Assembly: GCA_044343545.1 (NCBI GenBank)
Contig: JAWBZR010000001.1
Span: 23,992-87,991, forward strand
DNA length: 64,000 nucleotides
Direction of reading: 5' to 3'
DNA from: Candidatus Aenigmatarchaeota archaeon
Lineage (GTDB): Archaea; Aenigmatarchaeota; Aenigmatarchaeia; CG10238-14
Of this stretch, positions 8,508 to 19,003 are shown piece by piece. A program made the translations under genes and the position numbers. Each line of letters starts with the position of its first letter. Within the stretch, counting starts at the first letter, position 1. The notes under the pieces are model-generated. The model saw only the letters and a list, made by a program, of their open reading frames with translations, ran no database searches and was not told where the DNA came from.

Positions 8508-10604
8508 ATGACAAACAAATCAAAAAATTTCGAACTAATCATGGATTTCATAGTAATGGCTGCTATAATTTTATTTTTATTCAGCTACTTTAAACCTTCT
8601 CTCTTATTTTCAAACACAGTAATAAGTGCTGGCGATACAGTAGGGCATTACTATGGAACATACTATATGAATAAATATTTGATACCAAAATTCAAGTTAA
8701 TTGGTTGGAGTCAAGACTGGTTTTTAGGTTATCCTGCATTTCAATTTTACTTTCCTCTTGTTTTTTTTCTAACAGGATTGTTTGGTTATTTGATACCTAT
8801 AAACATTTCATTTAAAATAGGTACCGTCCTAGGTACTTTCATGCTTCCGATATGTACATATTTTTCTTTCAAGTTAATGAGATTGAAATTTCCTGCTCCA
8901 ATAATTGCGTCTTGTATAACCCTTCTACTTTTATTCGTCGAGAGAATAAATTCTGAACAAATATATTCCATGTGGGGAGGAAATATACCTAGTACATTAG
9001 CAGGTGAATTTTCTTATAGTTTTGCTCTTGCGCTATCAATATTATTTTTAGGTTTTTTTTATAACGGAATAAAAAATCAAAAAAACATAGTGTTGAATTC
9101 CATATTGCTCACTTTAATAATGTTGAGTCATTTCTTTTTATTCATTTTCAGCATAGCTTCAACACTCTTTTACTTGTTATTTCCAAAAAATTTCAAAAAA
9201 AATTTGATTTATCTGTTAAAGATTTATGGTTTGACTTTTCTTCTTTCAGGTTTTTGGCTTGTGCCAATGATTTGTAAAGTTTCTTACACTGTTCCACACA
9301 TATGGCTTCCACCAACATCTTTAAGCGAAATGATAGATATGATTATGCCAAAACCTTTTTTCTATTTTTATATTATTTCTTTATTTTCGACACTCATAAT
9401 CATAAGAGAAGATAAAGAAAGGTTGATTTTTGTATTCACAGCATTTTTTTCTTTATTTATGTTTTTAATTGCACCTAACTTGAATTTTTTGGGACTTCAC
9501 GGATTTGAACATCTGCAGCTAATAAAGTTTTTGCCAATGCTGTACATATCTGTTCTCTTAAATATGGCCATACCTTTCTCATTTTTAAAAAGCAAGTATA
9601 ATTTACTTCTCCCTGCATTCATTCTTCTAGTATGTGTATTTTGGGTGGAAAATCATGTAACATATATTGAATATTGGATAAGTTGGAACTATAATGGATA
9701 TGAAGACAAACCGTTGGGGCAAGAATATTATAATGTAAACGATTTTTTAGCTAGTCTTCCTTATGGGAGAGTAGCTTATGAGTATGATCCGAAAAAATAT
9801 GAAACCACTTTAGGTAGTTCGAGAGCTACTGAAACCATACCTATATTTTCTCAAAAACCCATTACTGAAGGTTGCCACTTTCAATCTTCTCTCAATGGAC
9901 CTTACATTTATAATGCACATTGCGAATATTCGATAGGTTGTTCGTGTTTGTTTGGTCATTTGACAGGTGGGTGTCCTTCTTTCGACATAGACAAGGGTAC
10001 AAATCATTTGAAACTTTTTGGAGTGAAATATTTTTTTGCTTCTTCTGAAAAAGTAAAATCTCTTCTAAGAGAAAGAGATGACTATAAACTTTTGTATGGT
10101 TCTGGAGAGTTTGAAATATGGGAAATAAAAGATAGCCGTATAATCGAAGTTCCAAAATATGAGCCCATAAATGTAAAGACAAATGATTGGAGAAAAATAT
10201 CCTACAAGTGGTTTGATTCGAACAAAACGAATATTCCACTTGTTTGGAATGGAAAAGATGAATTTAAGTATGAATTCGTCGAGCCGTCGATTGAAAGTTT
10301 ACCAGCAATAGAAATAAAAGATGATTGTAAAATAGAAAATGTTATCATAGAAAATGAAAAGATTTCTTTTGACACTAATTGTACAGGTAAACCTCATATA
10401 ATAAAAGTATCTTATTTTCCAAACTGGAAAGTAAAAGGAGCTAAAAAGATTTATATGGTCTCACCTGCATTTATGCTAATTTACCCAGAACAAAATCATA
10501 TAGAGCTTTATTATGGTTTCGTACTTTCAGATATAATTGGAATTTTTTTAAGCATTATTGCCATAATTATAATTGTATTTTTTAGAAAAAGGTTGAAACT
10601 ATGA
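8508..10604 (+). CDS. Polytopic membrane protein, PTPS-related family (predicted GT-C glycosyltransferase)
   Basis: SAGDTVGH, GWSQDWFLGYPAFQFYFP, WGGNIPSTLAGEFSYS, KVSYFPNW. Confidence 0.8.
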   Translation: MTNKSKNFELIMDFIVMAAIILFLFSYFKPSLLFSNTVISAGDTVGHYYGTYYMNKYLIPKFKLIGWSQDWFLGYPAFQFYFPLVFFLTGLFGYLIPINISFKIGTVLGTFMLPICTYFSFKLMRLKFPAPIIASCITLLLLFVERINSEQIYSMWGGNIPSTLAGEFSYSFALALSILFLGFFYNGIKNQKNIVLNSILLTLIMLSHFFLFIFSIASTLFYLLFPKNFKKNLIYLLKIYGLTFLLSGFWLVPMICKVSYTVPHIWLPPTSLSEMIDMIMPKPFFYFYIISLFSTLIIIREDKERLIFVFTAFFSLFMFLIAPNLNFLGLHGFEHLQLIKFLPMLYISVLLNMAIPFSFLKSKYNLLLPAFILLVCVFWVENHVTYIEYWISWNYNGYEDKPLGQEYYNVNDFLASLPYGRVAYEYDPKKYETTLGSSRATETIPIFSQKPITEGCHFQSSLNGPYIYNAHCEYSIGCSCLFGHLTGGCPSFDIDKGTNHLKLFGVKYFFASSEKVKSLLRERDDYKLLYGSGEFEIWEIKDSRIIEVPKYEPINVKTNDWRKISYKWFDSNKTNIPLVWNGKDEFKYEFVEPSIESLPAIEIKDDCKIENVIIENEKISFDTNCTGKPHIIKVSYFPNWKVKGAKKIYMVSPAFMLIYPEQNHIELYYGFVLSDIIGIFLSIIAIIIIVFFRKRLKL

Positions 10605-12544
10605 AAAAAAATTATTTTTTGATTTTGTTTTTATTAATAACCTTAATAGCTGCATTTTTAAGACTTTATAAACTTGACAATAGACCAGCACATTTTGATG
10701 AAGGTGGGGGACATGCGATAGGTGTAAGAGAATTGTTGAAAAGTGGAGTGTATGTATATAATCCAGATTTTCATGGTCCATTCTTATATCACATTACGGC
10801 GCTTGTCTTCTATTTATTTGGAATGTCTGATATAACACTAAGAATAACACAAGCTATTTTCGGTATAGGTACTGTGGCAATTTTATTATTATTAAAAAAT
10901 TATGTAAAAAAAGAAACTATTTTAGCATTAGCCATATTATTAGCTTTTTCTCCGTCACTTGTTTATTATTCAAGGTTTGCCGTCCATGATTCTTATTTTG
11001 TATTTTTTACATTATCAACTATAATATTTCTTTTTTTATATGACAAGACAAGAGAGAATAAATATCTATATTTATTTTTTGCATCTTTAGCATTTCTTTT
11101 CACGGTCAAAGAAAACGCGTATATATTTTTAGGAAGTATATTATTTTACTTTTTTTTGGAATTTTTAATGGAGTTTTTTTCGAAAAAGGGCAGCTTGAAA
11201 AATAGATTGAAAAAAAATTCTTATTTTGTTTGGCTAAAAAATAATAAGGAAGGTATCTTGTTTGGAATATTGATATTTTTTGTCATATTTTCAACGCTAT
11301 ATACTTCGTTTTTTAGATACAACAAAAATCTAATCACTGCAATATTAGATCCTTTTAGACATTGGTTGCATAAAACAACAACGCAAACAGGTTTTTTCCA
11401 ACCACCCTCATTTTATTTGAGAATATTGGAAGAATATGATACTGCTATATTTGTATTAGGTGTAATAGGAATATTTACTCCTTTATTTTTTAATAACAAG
11501 TATACAAGATTTGCAGCAATATTCGCGGCAATAAACTTGATTTCATATTTGCTCATGCCTTACAAAGAGCCCAACAACGTTGTTCACATAGTATTGCCAC
11601 TTGCGATTTCTGCTGGTGTTTTAATAGAATATGTGAATGATGAATGGAGAAAAAACATTCTCTTATTTATTTTAGCTATATCAATATATAGTCTTTTCAT
11701 CACTTGGCAAACAAGTTTTGTTAAATATGCGGATGAAAAAAATTATCTAGTTTATGTTCAAACTGTTGATGATATAAAACCTATGTTGAAAATGGTGAAA
11801 GAAATAACAAGTAAAAAAGGAAATAACATTTCTATAGTTGTTAATATACCTGAAACAGAATATCCTCTTTCTTGGTATTTTAGAGATTATACTAATGTTT
11901 TCTATTTTTCCGAATCAATTGGCCCAAGAGAATGGAAAAATATAAAATGGTTTGGTGATGGAAAGGCTATATGGGACGATAAAGAAGCTTTTAAAGGAAA
12001 GATGAGTGCGAAGATAGATGGAGGAAGTGGTACAGATGGTGAATGGAGGCAAAGAATAGAGATACCGGGTGAAGGATATTATAATTTATCTGGTTGGATA
12101 AAAACTAAAAATCTTGAAAAAATAGATGCATGGAAATATGGAATGATGTATATAAGGACAGACAAAAATAATGAACCTGATAAAATAATTGCAGAAACTC
12201 AAAGTTTGGTTGGAACAAACAATTGGACTTTTGTATCTACAAGATTTTATGTCGAATCTGGAAACAATGTTTTATGGCTTACTTTGCCTATAGGAAATTG
12301 GGGAAAAGCAAAAGGTGAAATATGGTTTGATGAAATTTCACTCATAAAAGAAGGTGAAAACATAAACTTAATAAAGAATCCAAGTTTTGAAGAAGGAAAA
12401 ACTATAAAAGATTATTCTTATGCTGAAATAATTATTGTCTCGGAAAGTACAGGTTTGGGTTACGGAAATATGGAAGGATATAACGTTAGTAGATATGTGT
12501 TAAGGCCTGGTGTTAATTTAGCTGTTTACGTGAAAAGTAATTGA
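10601..12544 (+). CDS. TIGR03663/Agl23-like GT-C membrane protein with inserted carbohydrate-binding module
   Basis: LRLYKLDNRPAHFDE, YNPDFHGP, YYSRFAVHD, TVKEN, LVYVQT, YPLSWYFR, LRPGV; CBM_4_9-like insert at ~11912-12397. Confidence 0.85.
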   Translation: MKKNYFLILFLLITLIAAFLRLYKLDNRPAHFDEGGGHAIGVRELLKSGVYVYNPDFHGPFLYHITALVFYLFGMSDITLRITQAIFGIGTVAILLLLKNYVKKETILALAILLAFSPSLVYYSRFAVHDSYFVFFTLSTIIFLFLYDKTRENKYLYLFFASLAFLFTVKENAYIFLGSILFYFFLEFLMEFFSKKGSLKNRLKKNSYFVWLKNNKEGILFGILIFFVIFSTLYTSFFRYNKNLITAILDPFRHWLHKTTTQTGFFQPPSFYLRILEEYDTAIFVLGVIGIFTPLFFNNKYTRFAAIFAAINLISYLLMPYKEPNNVVHIVLPLAISAGVLIEYVNDEWRKNILLFILAISIYSLFITWQTSFVKYADEKNYLVYVQTVDDIKPMLKMVKEITSKKGNNISIVVNIPETEYPLSWYFRDYTNVFYFSESIGPREWKNIKWFGDGKAIWDDKEAFKGKMSAKIDGGSGTDGEWRQRIEIPGEGYYNLSGWIKTKNLEKIDAWKYGMMYIRTDKNNEPDKIIAETQSLVGTNNWTFVSTRFYVESGNNVLWLTLPIGNWGKAKGEIWFDEISLIKEGENINLIKNPSFEEGKTIKDYSYAEIIIVSESTGLGYGNMEGYNVSRYVLRPGVNLAVYVKSN

Positions 12545-12550
12545 ATAAGA

Positions 12551-12960
12551 TTAATTTTCCATTAAATTTATTTCATAAACCCAAGCTTCTACATTATTTG
12601 ATTTTGTATAAAAAATCTTTTTTAAAGCATGTTTTTCATTAATATTAGATTCTATATTTGCTTTATGAGTGATGCAAATATATTTTTTGTTGGGATCTAA
12701 ACTAGAAATTTGATTATACTCAAGCATAGAACCAGTGTTTTTATCTATATCCAAAAAATGACTTGAATATAACAAAACGAGAATGAAAATAATTAAATAT
12801 GTTTTGCAGATGTTGTGAAATAAATAAATAAGAAAGGATAAAGAACCAATGTATATTTATCATCAACTATATGATAATGAAGAATAAAAAGGCTGGTAAA
12901 AAACAAAAATTTTTGTTATCTTTTCGAATTTATTTTTAAAAATTAAAATTTATTGAGATA
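12551..12960 (-). pseudogene. Probable decayed 3' fragment of a membrane (GT-C-like) protein
   Basis: Broken hydrophobic frames FTSLFILHYHIVDDKYTLVLYPFLFIYF* and, frameshifted, TYLIIFILVLLYSSHFLD...AWVYEI; no intact 5' end. Confidence 0.4.
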
Positions 12961-13138
12961 TAAAAGATATGCCATCTCAAAAAGGTATATTAATGAATTT
13001 TATTTGAAAACTAAAGTTTAAGAAAAGCAAAATGAAAAAACAACAAAACCATTTTTAAATTTAATTATATTTTTAGATTAATAATTTTTGCTCAAACCTT
13101 CAAAACTCTATGCAAGCAGTTGTTATTTTTCCTAATTG

Positions 13139-15199
13139 TTATTTAGTTTTAAATATAAAATATCCATCAAAACTGTATACAGGTTTGCCAAATTTTGTCA
13201 AATTAGCGTTAGGATATTTTGATCTTTCAACTGAACCAAAAAATACATAACTTATGTTATATTTTTCTATTATCTCCTTTGCTACTTTTTCGTCATTGGT
13301 TTCATAAATAATTTTTATATCTCTAATTCTTTCATCTGGCCACATATTGTGATGTATTCCTATATGATTGGTCCATCCGACAAGAGTCTGAAAACCTGTA
13401 TAAGATGAAAATATAGAACTATATGTATAAGCATCTCCCGAAGCTTCCAAAATTATATCGTCGTCATTTATGTTTGAGTTTGCCCATTCCAACAATTTAT
13501 AATCACCTAAACGATATTTTTTCATGTACATCAATCCATCAAGAGAGAAACCTTCACTTAAACCTTGATTAAATCTGTCTATTAAAGAAAATATTGTCAT
13601 AGGTAAACAAATCAATATCAATATAAATAAAATTGATAAAAATATTTTGTCAGTTTTTAGCTCGTACACTATTAAAGCAGTTGAAATTGACCAAAAAATC
13701 CATATGTTATAATAAAATTTAAACACAGTGTTATATCTTGAATCTATAAAGAATATTTCTGGAAATAGCATAACGCATATGCCGAAACAAACTAAAATAT
13801 GAAGAAATGTTTGGTTTTTATGTTCTACAAGTTTTTTCATGGATAAAAATAATAATGGAAAGAGAAGTAAAACAAGTTGAATTTGGGAAATTAAATACAA
13901 GACAAGTGAAACCAAAAACAAAAAGAATATTTTATATGGGTTTTTTTCATCTTTCAGATAATAGTAATATAATGAAAATATGAAAACAGGGAACAGTATT
14001 AATTCTTGAAATATGTTACTTCTTTCTTTCACAAAACCAAAATCGACTTTCTTCTTGACAGTTATTATGTAAGGTAAAGAAAACAACACAAAAAATGTTA
14101 TAATAACGAAAAAAGAAAAAATGAGTTGATTTTTCTTTACTTTTTTTTCAAAAAATAATATCAATAAAATTGTTTCAAGCAAAATGAAGTAAATTGGCAC
14201 GCTCCAAGAGCTTGTTATATATATTAAAGATAAAATGAGGGATGCTAAAATTATATAAATGATTTTGTATTCTTTTGAAACAAAAATTGAAAAAATCAAA
14301 GATATTAACAAAATTTGTAACGGCAAGGAAATTATGTGAGAGTGAACTTCACCAAACATCAAGTTTGCATAAGGAAACTCGTTTATGGTGTTTGGTATTA
14401 CCCTCGTGCTCGACCAAACAGGAAATCTCAACAAAAAGTTAATAAAATTTTGATACGGGTTATGACAACATGTCATTGAGTAAGTGATATCAAACGTTTT
14501 TCCAAAAAATTCAACTAATTTCGGATTTAAAAATGTGAGAATTTGCAAAAAACCTAAAAGATTTGAAAGAAAAATAAAAATAAAAATACCGAAATAACTA
14601 TATTTTGGCTTTCCTGTTATGTTGTAGAAAAGTGTGAATAGAGCAACTGACAAAAGAGAATAAATAGTTGATAAAAAAAGATTGAACGTAACAGTAGATG
14701 GTAAGAAAGACATTTTTGTTAAAGTGGCGACAGTAAAATGTCCAAAATAATAATAATTAATCGTATATCCTGCAAGCCAAGGATCTCTTGGAGGCATTTT
14801 TTTGCTTTTCAAAATCCCATTTATTAAAGAAATATCGAACAACTTTTCCAAACCTTCAACGGCTGGTGTAAATGATCTTATGAATGTGAAAATCATAAAA
14901 GACAATAAAAAAATTATCTCGACTTTTTTTACTGTCTTTTTGTCAAAAACAATTTTCGTTTTTTTTGATATGTAAAAATTCAAAGCAGAAAAAATGACAA
15001 TCGATGCCATTAGGCTATAGTTATATGGGATAAAAAAACTCATATACCATGTGAGAAATGAAAGGAAGAAAATGGAGATTATTTTTGAAAAACCATACCC
15101 TTTATCTCTTAAATTCGAAAACATTAATGTCGTTAATGGAAGAAAAATAAAACTTAAAATTTCCAACAAAAAAAACCATAATATCATTTCTACTATCAT
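13139..15199 (-). CDS. DUF2298 / Chlor_Arch_YYY membrane protein (predicted GT-C)
   Basis: EKLFD, MPPRDPWLAG..INYYYFGH, WSSTRVIPNTINEFP, NTVFKFYY, LDG, TLVGW. Confidence 0.9.
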   Translation of the reverse strand: MIVEMILWFFLLEILSFIFLPLTTLMFSNLRDKGYGFSKIISIFFLSFLTWYMSFFIPYNYSLMASIVIFSALNFYISKKTKIVFDKKTVKKVEIIFLLSFMIFTFIRSFTPAVEGLEKLFDISLINGILKSKKMPPRDPWLAGYTINYYYFGHFTVATLTKMSFLPSTVTFNLFLSTIYSLLSVALFTLFYNITGKPKYSYFGIFIFIFLSNLLGFLQILTFLNPKLVEFFGKTFDITYSMTCCHNPYQNFINFLLRFPVWSSTRVIPNTINEFPYANLMFGEVHSHIISLPLQILLISLIFSIFVSKEYKIIYIILASLILSLIYITSSWSVPIYFILLETILLILFFEKKVKKNQLIFSFFVIITFFVLFSLPYIITVKKKVDFGFVKERSNIFQELILFPVFIFSLYYYYLKDEKNPYKIFFLFLVSLVLYLISQIQLVLLLFPLLFLSMKKLVEHKNQTFLHILVCFGICVMLFPEIFFIDSRYNTVFKFYYNIWIFWSISTALIVYELKTDKIFLSILFILILICLPMTIFSLIDRFNQGLSEGFSLDGLMYMKKYRLGDYKLLEWANSNINDDDIILEASGDAYTYSSIFSSYTGFQTLVGWTNHIGIHHNMWPDERIRDIKIIYETNDEKVAKEIIEKYNISYVFFGSVERSKYPNANLTKFGKPVYSFDGYFIFKTK

Positions 15200-15894
15200 C
15201 TTTTCAATTCTCTCCTCAATCTAAAAATGTTTCTTATATAATTTACTACCGTCTTTTTTATATTAACTGTACTCCCCTTATCTTCTATCCATTTCACAGG
15301 TATTTCTTTGAGCTTATATCCGTATTTGTCTGCCTTTACTATTAATTCTGTATCAAAAAACCATTCATTATCTTTTATCTTTGGTATAAGCTCCTTCACT
15401 ATTTTTCTATTCACAGCTTTAAAACCGCATTGATAATCATTATATTTTGTTCCCAAAAACATCTTTACAAGAAATACATAGCCTTTTGAAAGAATGTCCC
15501 TTTTTAATGACCTTTTTAGTATGGAACCTTCTGAATGTCTTGAACCAAAAGCAACATCATAACCTTGCTCGATGGCATCAGTCAATTCCTTTAAATGTTT
15601 TAAATCGGTAGACAAATCAATATCCATATAACACATTATGTCAGCATCTGTATGTTGCCAAGCAGCTTTAAGAGCCCTTCCTCTACCTTTCTGTGGAAGG
15701 TGTATATACTTCACTTTCTCGTATGTCTTTGACAGCCTCTTAGCTATCTCTAGAGTTCTGTCGGTCGATGCGTTGTCCGCAATCAATATTTCAAAATCTT
15801 TGTAGTTCCTTTCACAAATTTCAAGAACTTTTTTAACACTACTCTCAAGCTGCTCTTCTTCATTATACACCGGCAAAGTCACACAAACTTTCAT
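15196..15894 (-). CDS. GT2 polyprenol-phosphate glycosyltransferase
   Basis: LPVYNEE, ADNASTD, YMDIDLS, DYQCGFK, WFFDTE. Confidence 0.92.
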   Translation of the reverse strand: MKVCVTLPVYNEEEQLESSVKKVLEICERNYKDFEILIADNASTDRTLEIAKRLSKTYEKVKYIHLPQKGRGRALKAAWQHTDADIMCYMDIDLSTDLKHLKELTDAIEQGYDVAFGSRHSEGSILKRSLKRDILSKGYVFLVKMFLGTKYNDYQCGFKAVNRKIVKELIPKIKDNEWFFDTELIVKADKYGYKLKEIPVKWIEDKGSTVNIKKTVVNYIRNIFRLRRELKR

Positions 15895-15925
15895 CTTCTC
15901 AAATTTTATATAAAAAAGAAAATCT

Positions 15926-17215
15926 TTAATCTTTTACATATTTGCTTACTCTTTGTGCTATTTCTTTACCCATTTTTATGGCCAAATTGACAGACCTTTC
16001 TGGATACATGTTGAATTGTCCTCCTATAAAGAAACCTTGCAACGGTGTTTCATAACCAAGAAAGTTCTTTTTAAAACCTTTTTTGTAAATTACGCCAGAA
16101 TCGAAACCTCTGAATATTTTATACCAGTTAACATCACCTTTACTTATTTGGGGAAAAAGTTTTTTCATTTCATAGAAATAATTTTCCCATATTTCTTCAT
16201 CACTTTGCTTCCAAACCTCAGAATCTTCATCAGGATATTGTGCCAAGTAAATTATGTGACCATCATATAGCTCCTTAGGTTGAAAATTTGTATGTTCTAT
16301 TATAGCACCTATTTTAGAATCTTTCGCTATGTTAATCCAATAGTATCTTGATAAGCTTTTTTTCAAACTGACTAAAATGCAAAGTGAATGTTGATATTCT
16401 ATTTTTTTGATTTTTCTATCGAACTTTTCATCAAATAATTTATACTTTCGTAGCAAACCTAGTGGAATTGTTGATATCACAGCTTTTGCTTCTAAAATTT
16501 CACCATTAACTGTGAGCTCAAAATCTTGCTTTTTTTCTATTTTTTCCAAGTTTGCGTTAACGATTATTTTCGCGCCCATTTTTCTTATCTCTTTCTCTAA
16601 TGCATCTACAAGTATCTTGCAACTTCCTTTCAAATATGCCAATTTTTCTCCCTTCAAGCTTCGCTTACTTCTCATATTTATTCTCTCTATGAGCCAAGAA
16701 GCGGATATTTCTGTTGCTTTCTTGCCGAACTTGCTCTTTAACAATGGCTCAAACATCTTTTTATACAAACTCTTACTTGAATTTGATATTATCCAATCCT
16801 TCGCTGAAATGTGATCTAATTTTTCATTATTTTTGCTGAATTTTATCTTCAACATAAGCCAAATAAATTGAATTTTCTCTTTTAATGTGAGAGGCTTGAA
16901 ACTGAAAATATGATGAGGAGAAGATAATTCATAAATTCCTTCATCAAATAAAAATGCTGTAGAGGCGTAATTCCATTCTAAGTTTTTATCAATTTTTAAT
17001 TCTTTCAATTTTTCAAACAAGTGATTATCGCTCGTAAAAAAATGATGATAGTATGTTTCGACATAACCTTTACCTGCTTTTATAGTTTGCAAAAAACCTC
17101 CAAGGTAATTATTTTTTTCTATGATAACTATTTTTAATTTATTTTTTACCAATTCATGAGCTGCTGTCAAACCTAATATTCCACCGCCTATTATAGCAAC
17201 ATCGAATTTTTGCAT
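15926..17215 (-). CDS. FAD-dependent oxidoreductase (protoporphyrinogen-oxidase-like, glycosylation-associated type)
   Basis: IIGGGILGL, ETYYHHFF, IIEHTNF, YPERSVN. Confidence 0.85.
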   Translation of the reverse strand: MQKFDVAIIGGGILGLTAAHELVKNKLKIVIIEKNNYLGGFLQTIKAGKGYVETYYHHFFTSDNHLFEKLKELKIDKNLEWNYASTAFLFDEGIYELSSPHHIFSFKPLTLKEKIQFIWLMLKIKFSKNNEKLDHISAKDWIISNSSKSLYKKMFEPLLKSKFGKKATEISASWLIERINMRSKRSLKGEKLAYLKGSCKILVDALEKEIRKMGAKIIVNANLEKIEKKQDFELTVNGEILEAKAVISTIPLGLLRKYKLFDEKFDRKIKKIEYQHSLCILVSLKKSLSRYYWINIAKDSKIGAIIEHTNFQPKELYDGHIIYLAQYPDEDSEVWKQSDEEIWENYFYEMKKLFPQISKGDVNWYKIFRGFDSGVIYKKGFKKNFLGYETPLQGFFIGGQFNMYPERSVNLAIKMGKEIAQRVSKYVKD

Positions 17216-17246
17216 AAAATCATTATAAAAAATATAAATTTATAAC

Positions 17247-17768
17247 TCACTCGAACTCTATTTCTATGAACTTGTTAAAAACATCGTAAAAAACTTGCTT
17301 GAAAAACTCTGGACTCAATTTAAGCAAATTTTTTTCCATTAATGGCATTTTAACTTTGAAAATTTCTTTTTCTCCATCGAAAACAACATTTATGCCTTTT
17401 ATATTTGAGGGAGAAAGAACATCTTTAATGAAATCATTTATATCCGACTCATCAGAAACTATTCTAACATCGGTATTTAATTTTTTTTCTATTTTTTTAG
17501 CAATTATACCGTTTTTTCCTATAATTTTTCCAACATCATTTTTTCCACAAACTATTATTGTAAATTTACTATCTGAAAAAACTCTCTTTATTTTTGCGTC
17601 TTTTATGTGCTTTTCTACCCTTAAAGCGTTATTGATTTTCTTATACATTTCTATTTCTGCTTTGTCAATATTCGCATTTAGATTGTTCTTACAGCTATCA
17701 CAAATATCTATATTTTTCAAACATTTGCTACAAACGGGGAATATCATAATAATCAAAATGAAATACAA
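17247..17768 (-). CDS. NusA-like KH-domain protein with N-terminal Cys cluster
   Basis: PVCSKC...ICDSC; VGKIIGKNG KH motif; real start probably at MIFPVC. Confidence 0.8.
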   Translation of the reverse strand: MYFILIIMIFPVCSKCLKNIDICDSCKNNLNANIDKAEIEMYKKINNALRVEKHIKDAKIKRVFSDSKFTIIVCGKNDVGKIIGKNGIIAKKIEKKLNTDVRIVSDESDINDFIKDVLSPSNIKGINVVFDGEKEIFKVKMPLMEKNLLKLSPEFFKQVFYDVFNKFIEIEFE

Positions 17769-17799
17769 TAATAAAAAACTTAAATCTTAATCTATTTTC

Positions 17800-18957
17800 A
17801 TGGAAATTGGTTTAATTGGCAAACCCTCAAGCGGTAAAAGTAGTTTTTTTAAAGCAGCTACAATGATTGATGTACCAATTGATGAGAGACCTTTCACTAC
17901 AATAAAACCTAATGTTGGAATAGCTTATGTAACGGTTGAATGTGTTGAAAAAGAATTTAACTTGAAATGTCAACCGAGATATGGCAAGTGTGAAAATGGA
18001 ATAAGATATATACCAGTGAAAATTTGGGATATAGCTGGTTTGGTTCCAAATGCCCATGAGGGTAGAGGTTTGGGTTTAAAATTTCTTGATGATATAAGGC
18101 AGGCATCGGTTTTAATTCACATAGTTGATGTTTCTGGCAAAACAGATGAGGAAGGTCGACCAACACATGATCACGATCCTGTGAAAGATGTAGAATTTGT
18201 AGAAAAGGAAATAGATGAATGGTTTAAAGGAATAATAGAAAAAGTTGTAGAAAAGTATAAATCGAAAATTAAAAGCGAAAAAATGGATATTTCACAATTA
18301 CTTTTTGAACAGCTCTCAGGTTTAGGGGTCAAAAAAATTCACATAGATAAATGCATGGAATATTTTGATTTTGACAATATTGAAAAATTTTCAACAAATT
18401 TAAGAAAAATTTCCAAACCAATGTTAATAGCTGCAAATAAAATTGACATTGATGATGCTGAAAGAAATTTTAGAAAATTAAAAGAAAAATTTGATGATCA
18501 TATAATAATTCCTGTATCTGCTTTATTTGAAATAGCTTTAAAAACGGCCCATGAAAAGGGTTTGATAAAATATGATGGAAAAAATTTTGAAATAAAAAGT
18601 GATTTAACTCCTAAACAAAAAGAATGTCTTGATATGATAAAAGAAAAGGTTATTGAAAAATATGGAAGCACGGGAGTGCAAGAATGCATAAATAAAGCCG
18701 TTTTTGACTTGTTAAAAAAAATTGTTGTTTATCCTGTAGCGGATGCAAACAAACTTACAGACAACAAAAAAAATGTTTTACCAGATGCTTATTTGATAGA
18801 TGAGGAAACGTTACTGAAAGATTTTGCATATATTTTGCATAGTGATATAGGTAAGAATTTCATTTGTGGCATAGATGCGAGAAGTAAGAAAAAACTTTCT
18901 GCAGATTATAAGCTAAAAAATAACGATATTATTGAAATAATGTTTAATAAAAGATAG
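17800..18957 (+). CDS. ychF: Obg-family ATPase/GTPase YchF (archaeal)
   Basis: GKPSSGKSS, PFTTIKPN, DIAGLVP.AHEGRGLG, NKID, C-terminal TGS domain. Confidence 0.92.
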   Translation: MEIGLIGKPSSGKSSFFKAATMIDVPIDERPFTTIKPNVGIAYVTVECVEKEFNLKCQPRYGKCENGIRYIPVKIWDIAGLVPNAHEGRGLGLKFLDDIRQASVLIHIVDVSGKTDEEGRPTHDHDPVKDVEFVEKEIDEWFKGIIEKVVEKYKSKIKSEKMDISQLLFEQLSGLGVKKIHIDKCMEYFDFDNIEKFSTNLRKISKPMLIAANKIDIDDAERNFRKLKEKFDDHIIIPVSALFEIALKTAHEKGLIKYDGKNFEIKSDLTPKQKECLDMIKEKVIEKYGSTGVQECINKAVFDLLKKIVVYPVADANKLTDNKKNVLPDAYLIDEETLLKDFAYILHSDIGKNFICGIDARSKKKLSADYKLKNNDIIEIMFNKR

Positions 18958-19003
18958 TCGATAACAAATAATATTGTTAAAAATATAAATATGCTATGTA
19001 ATT

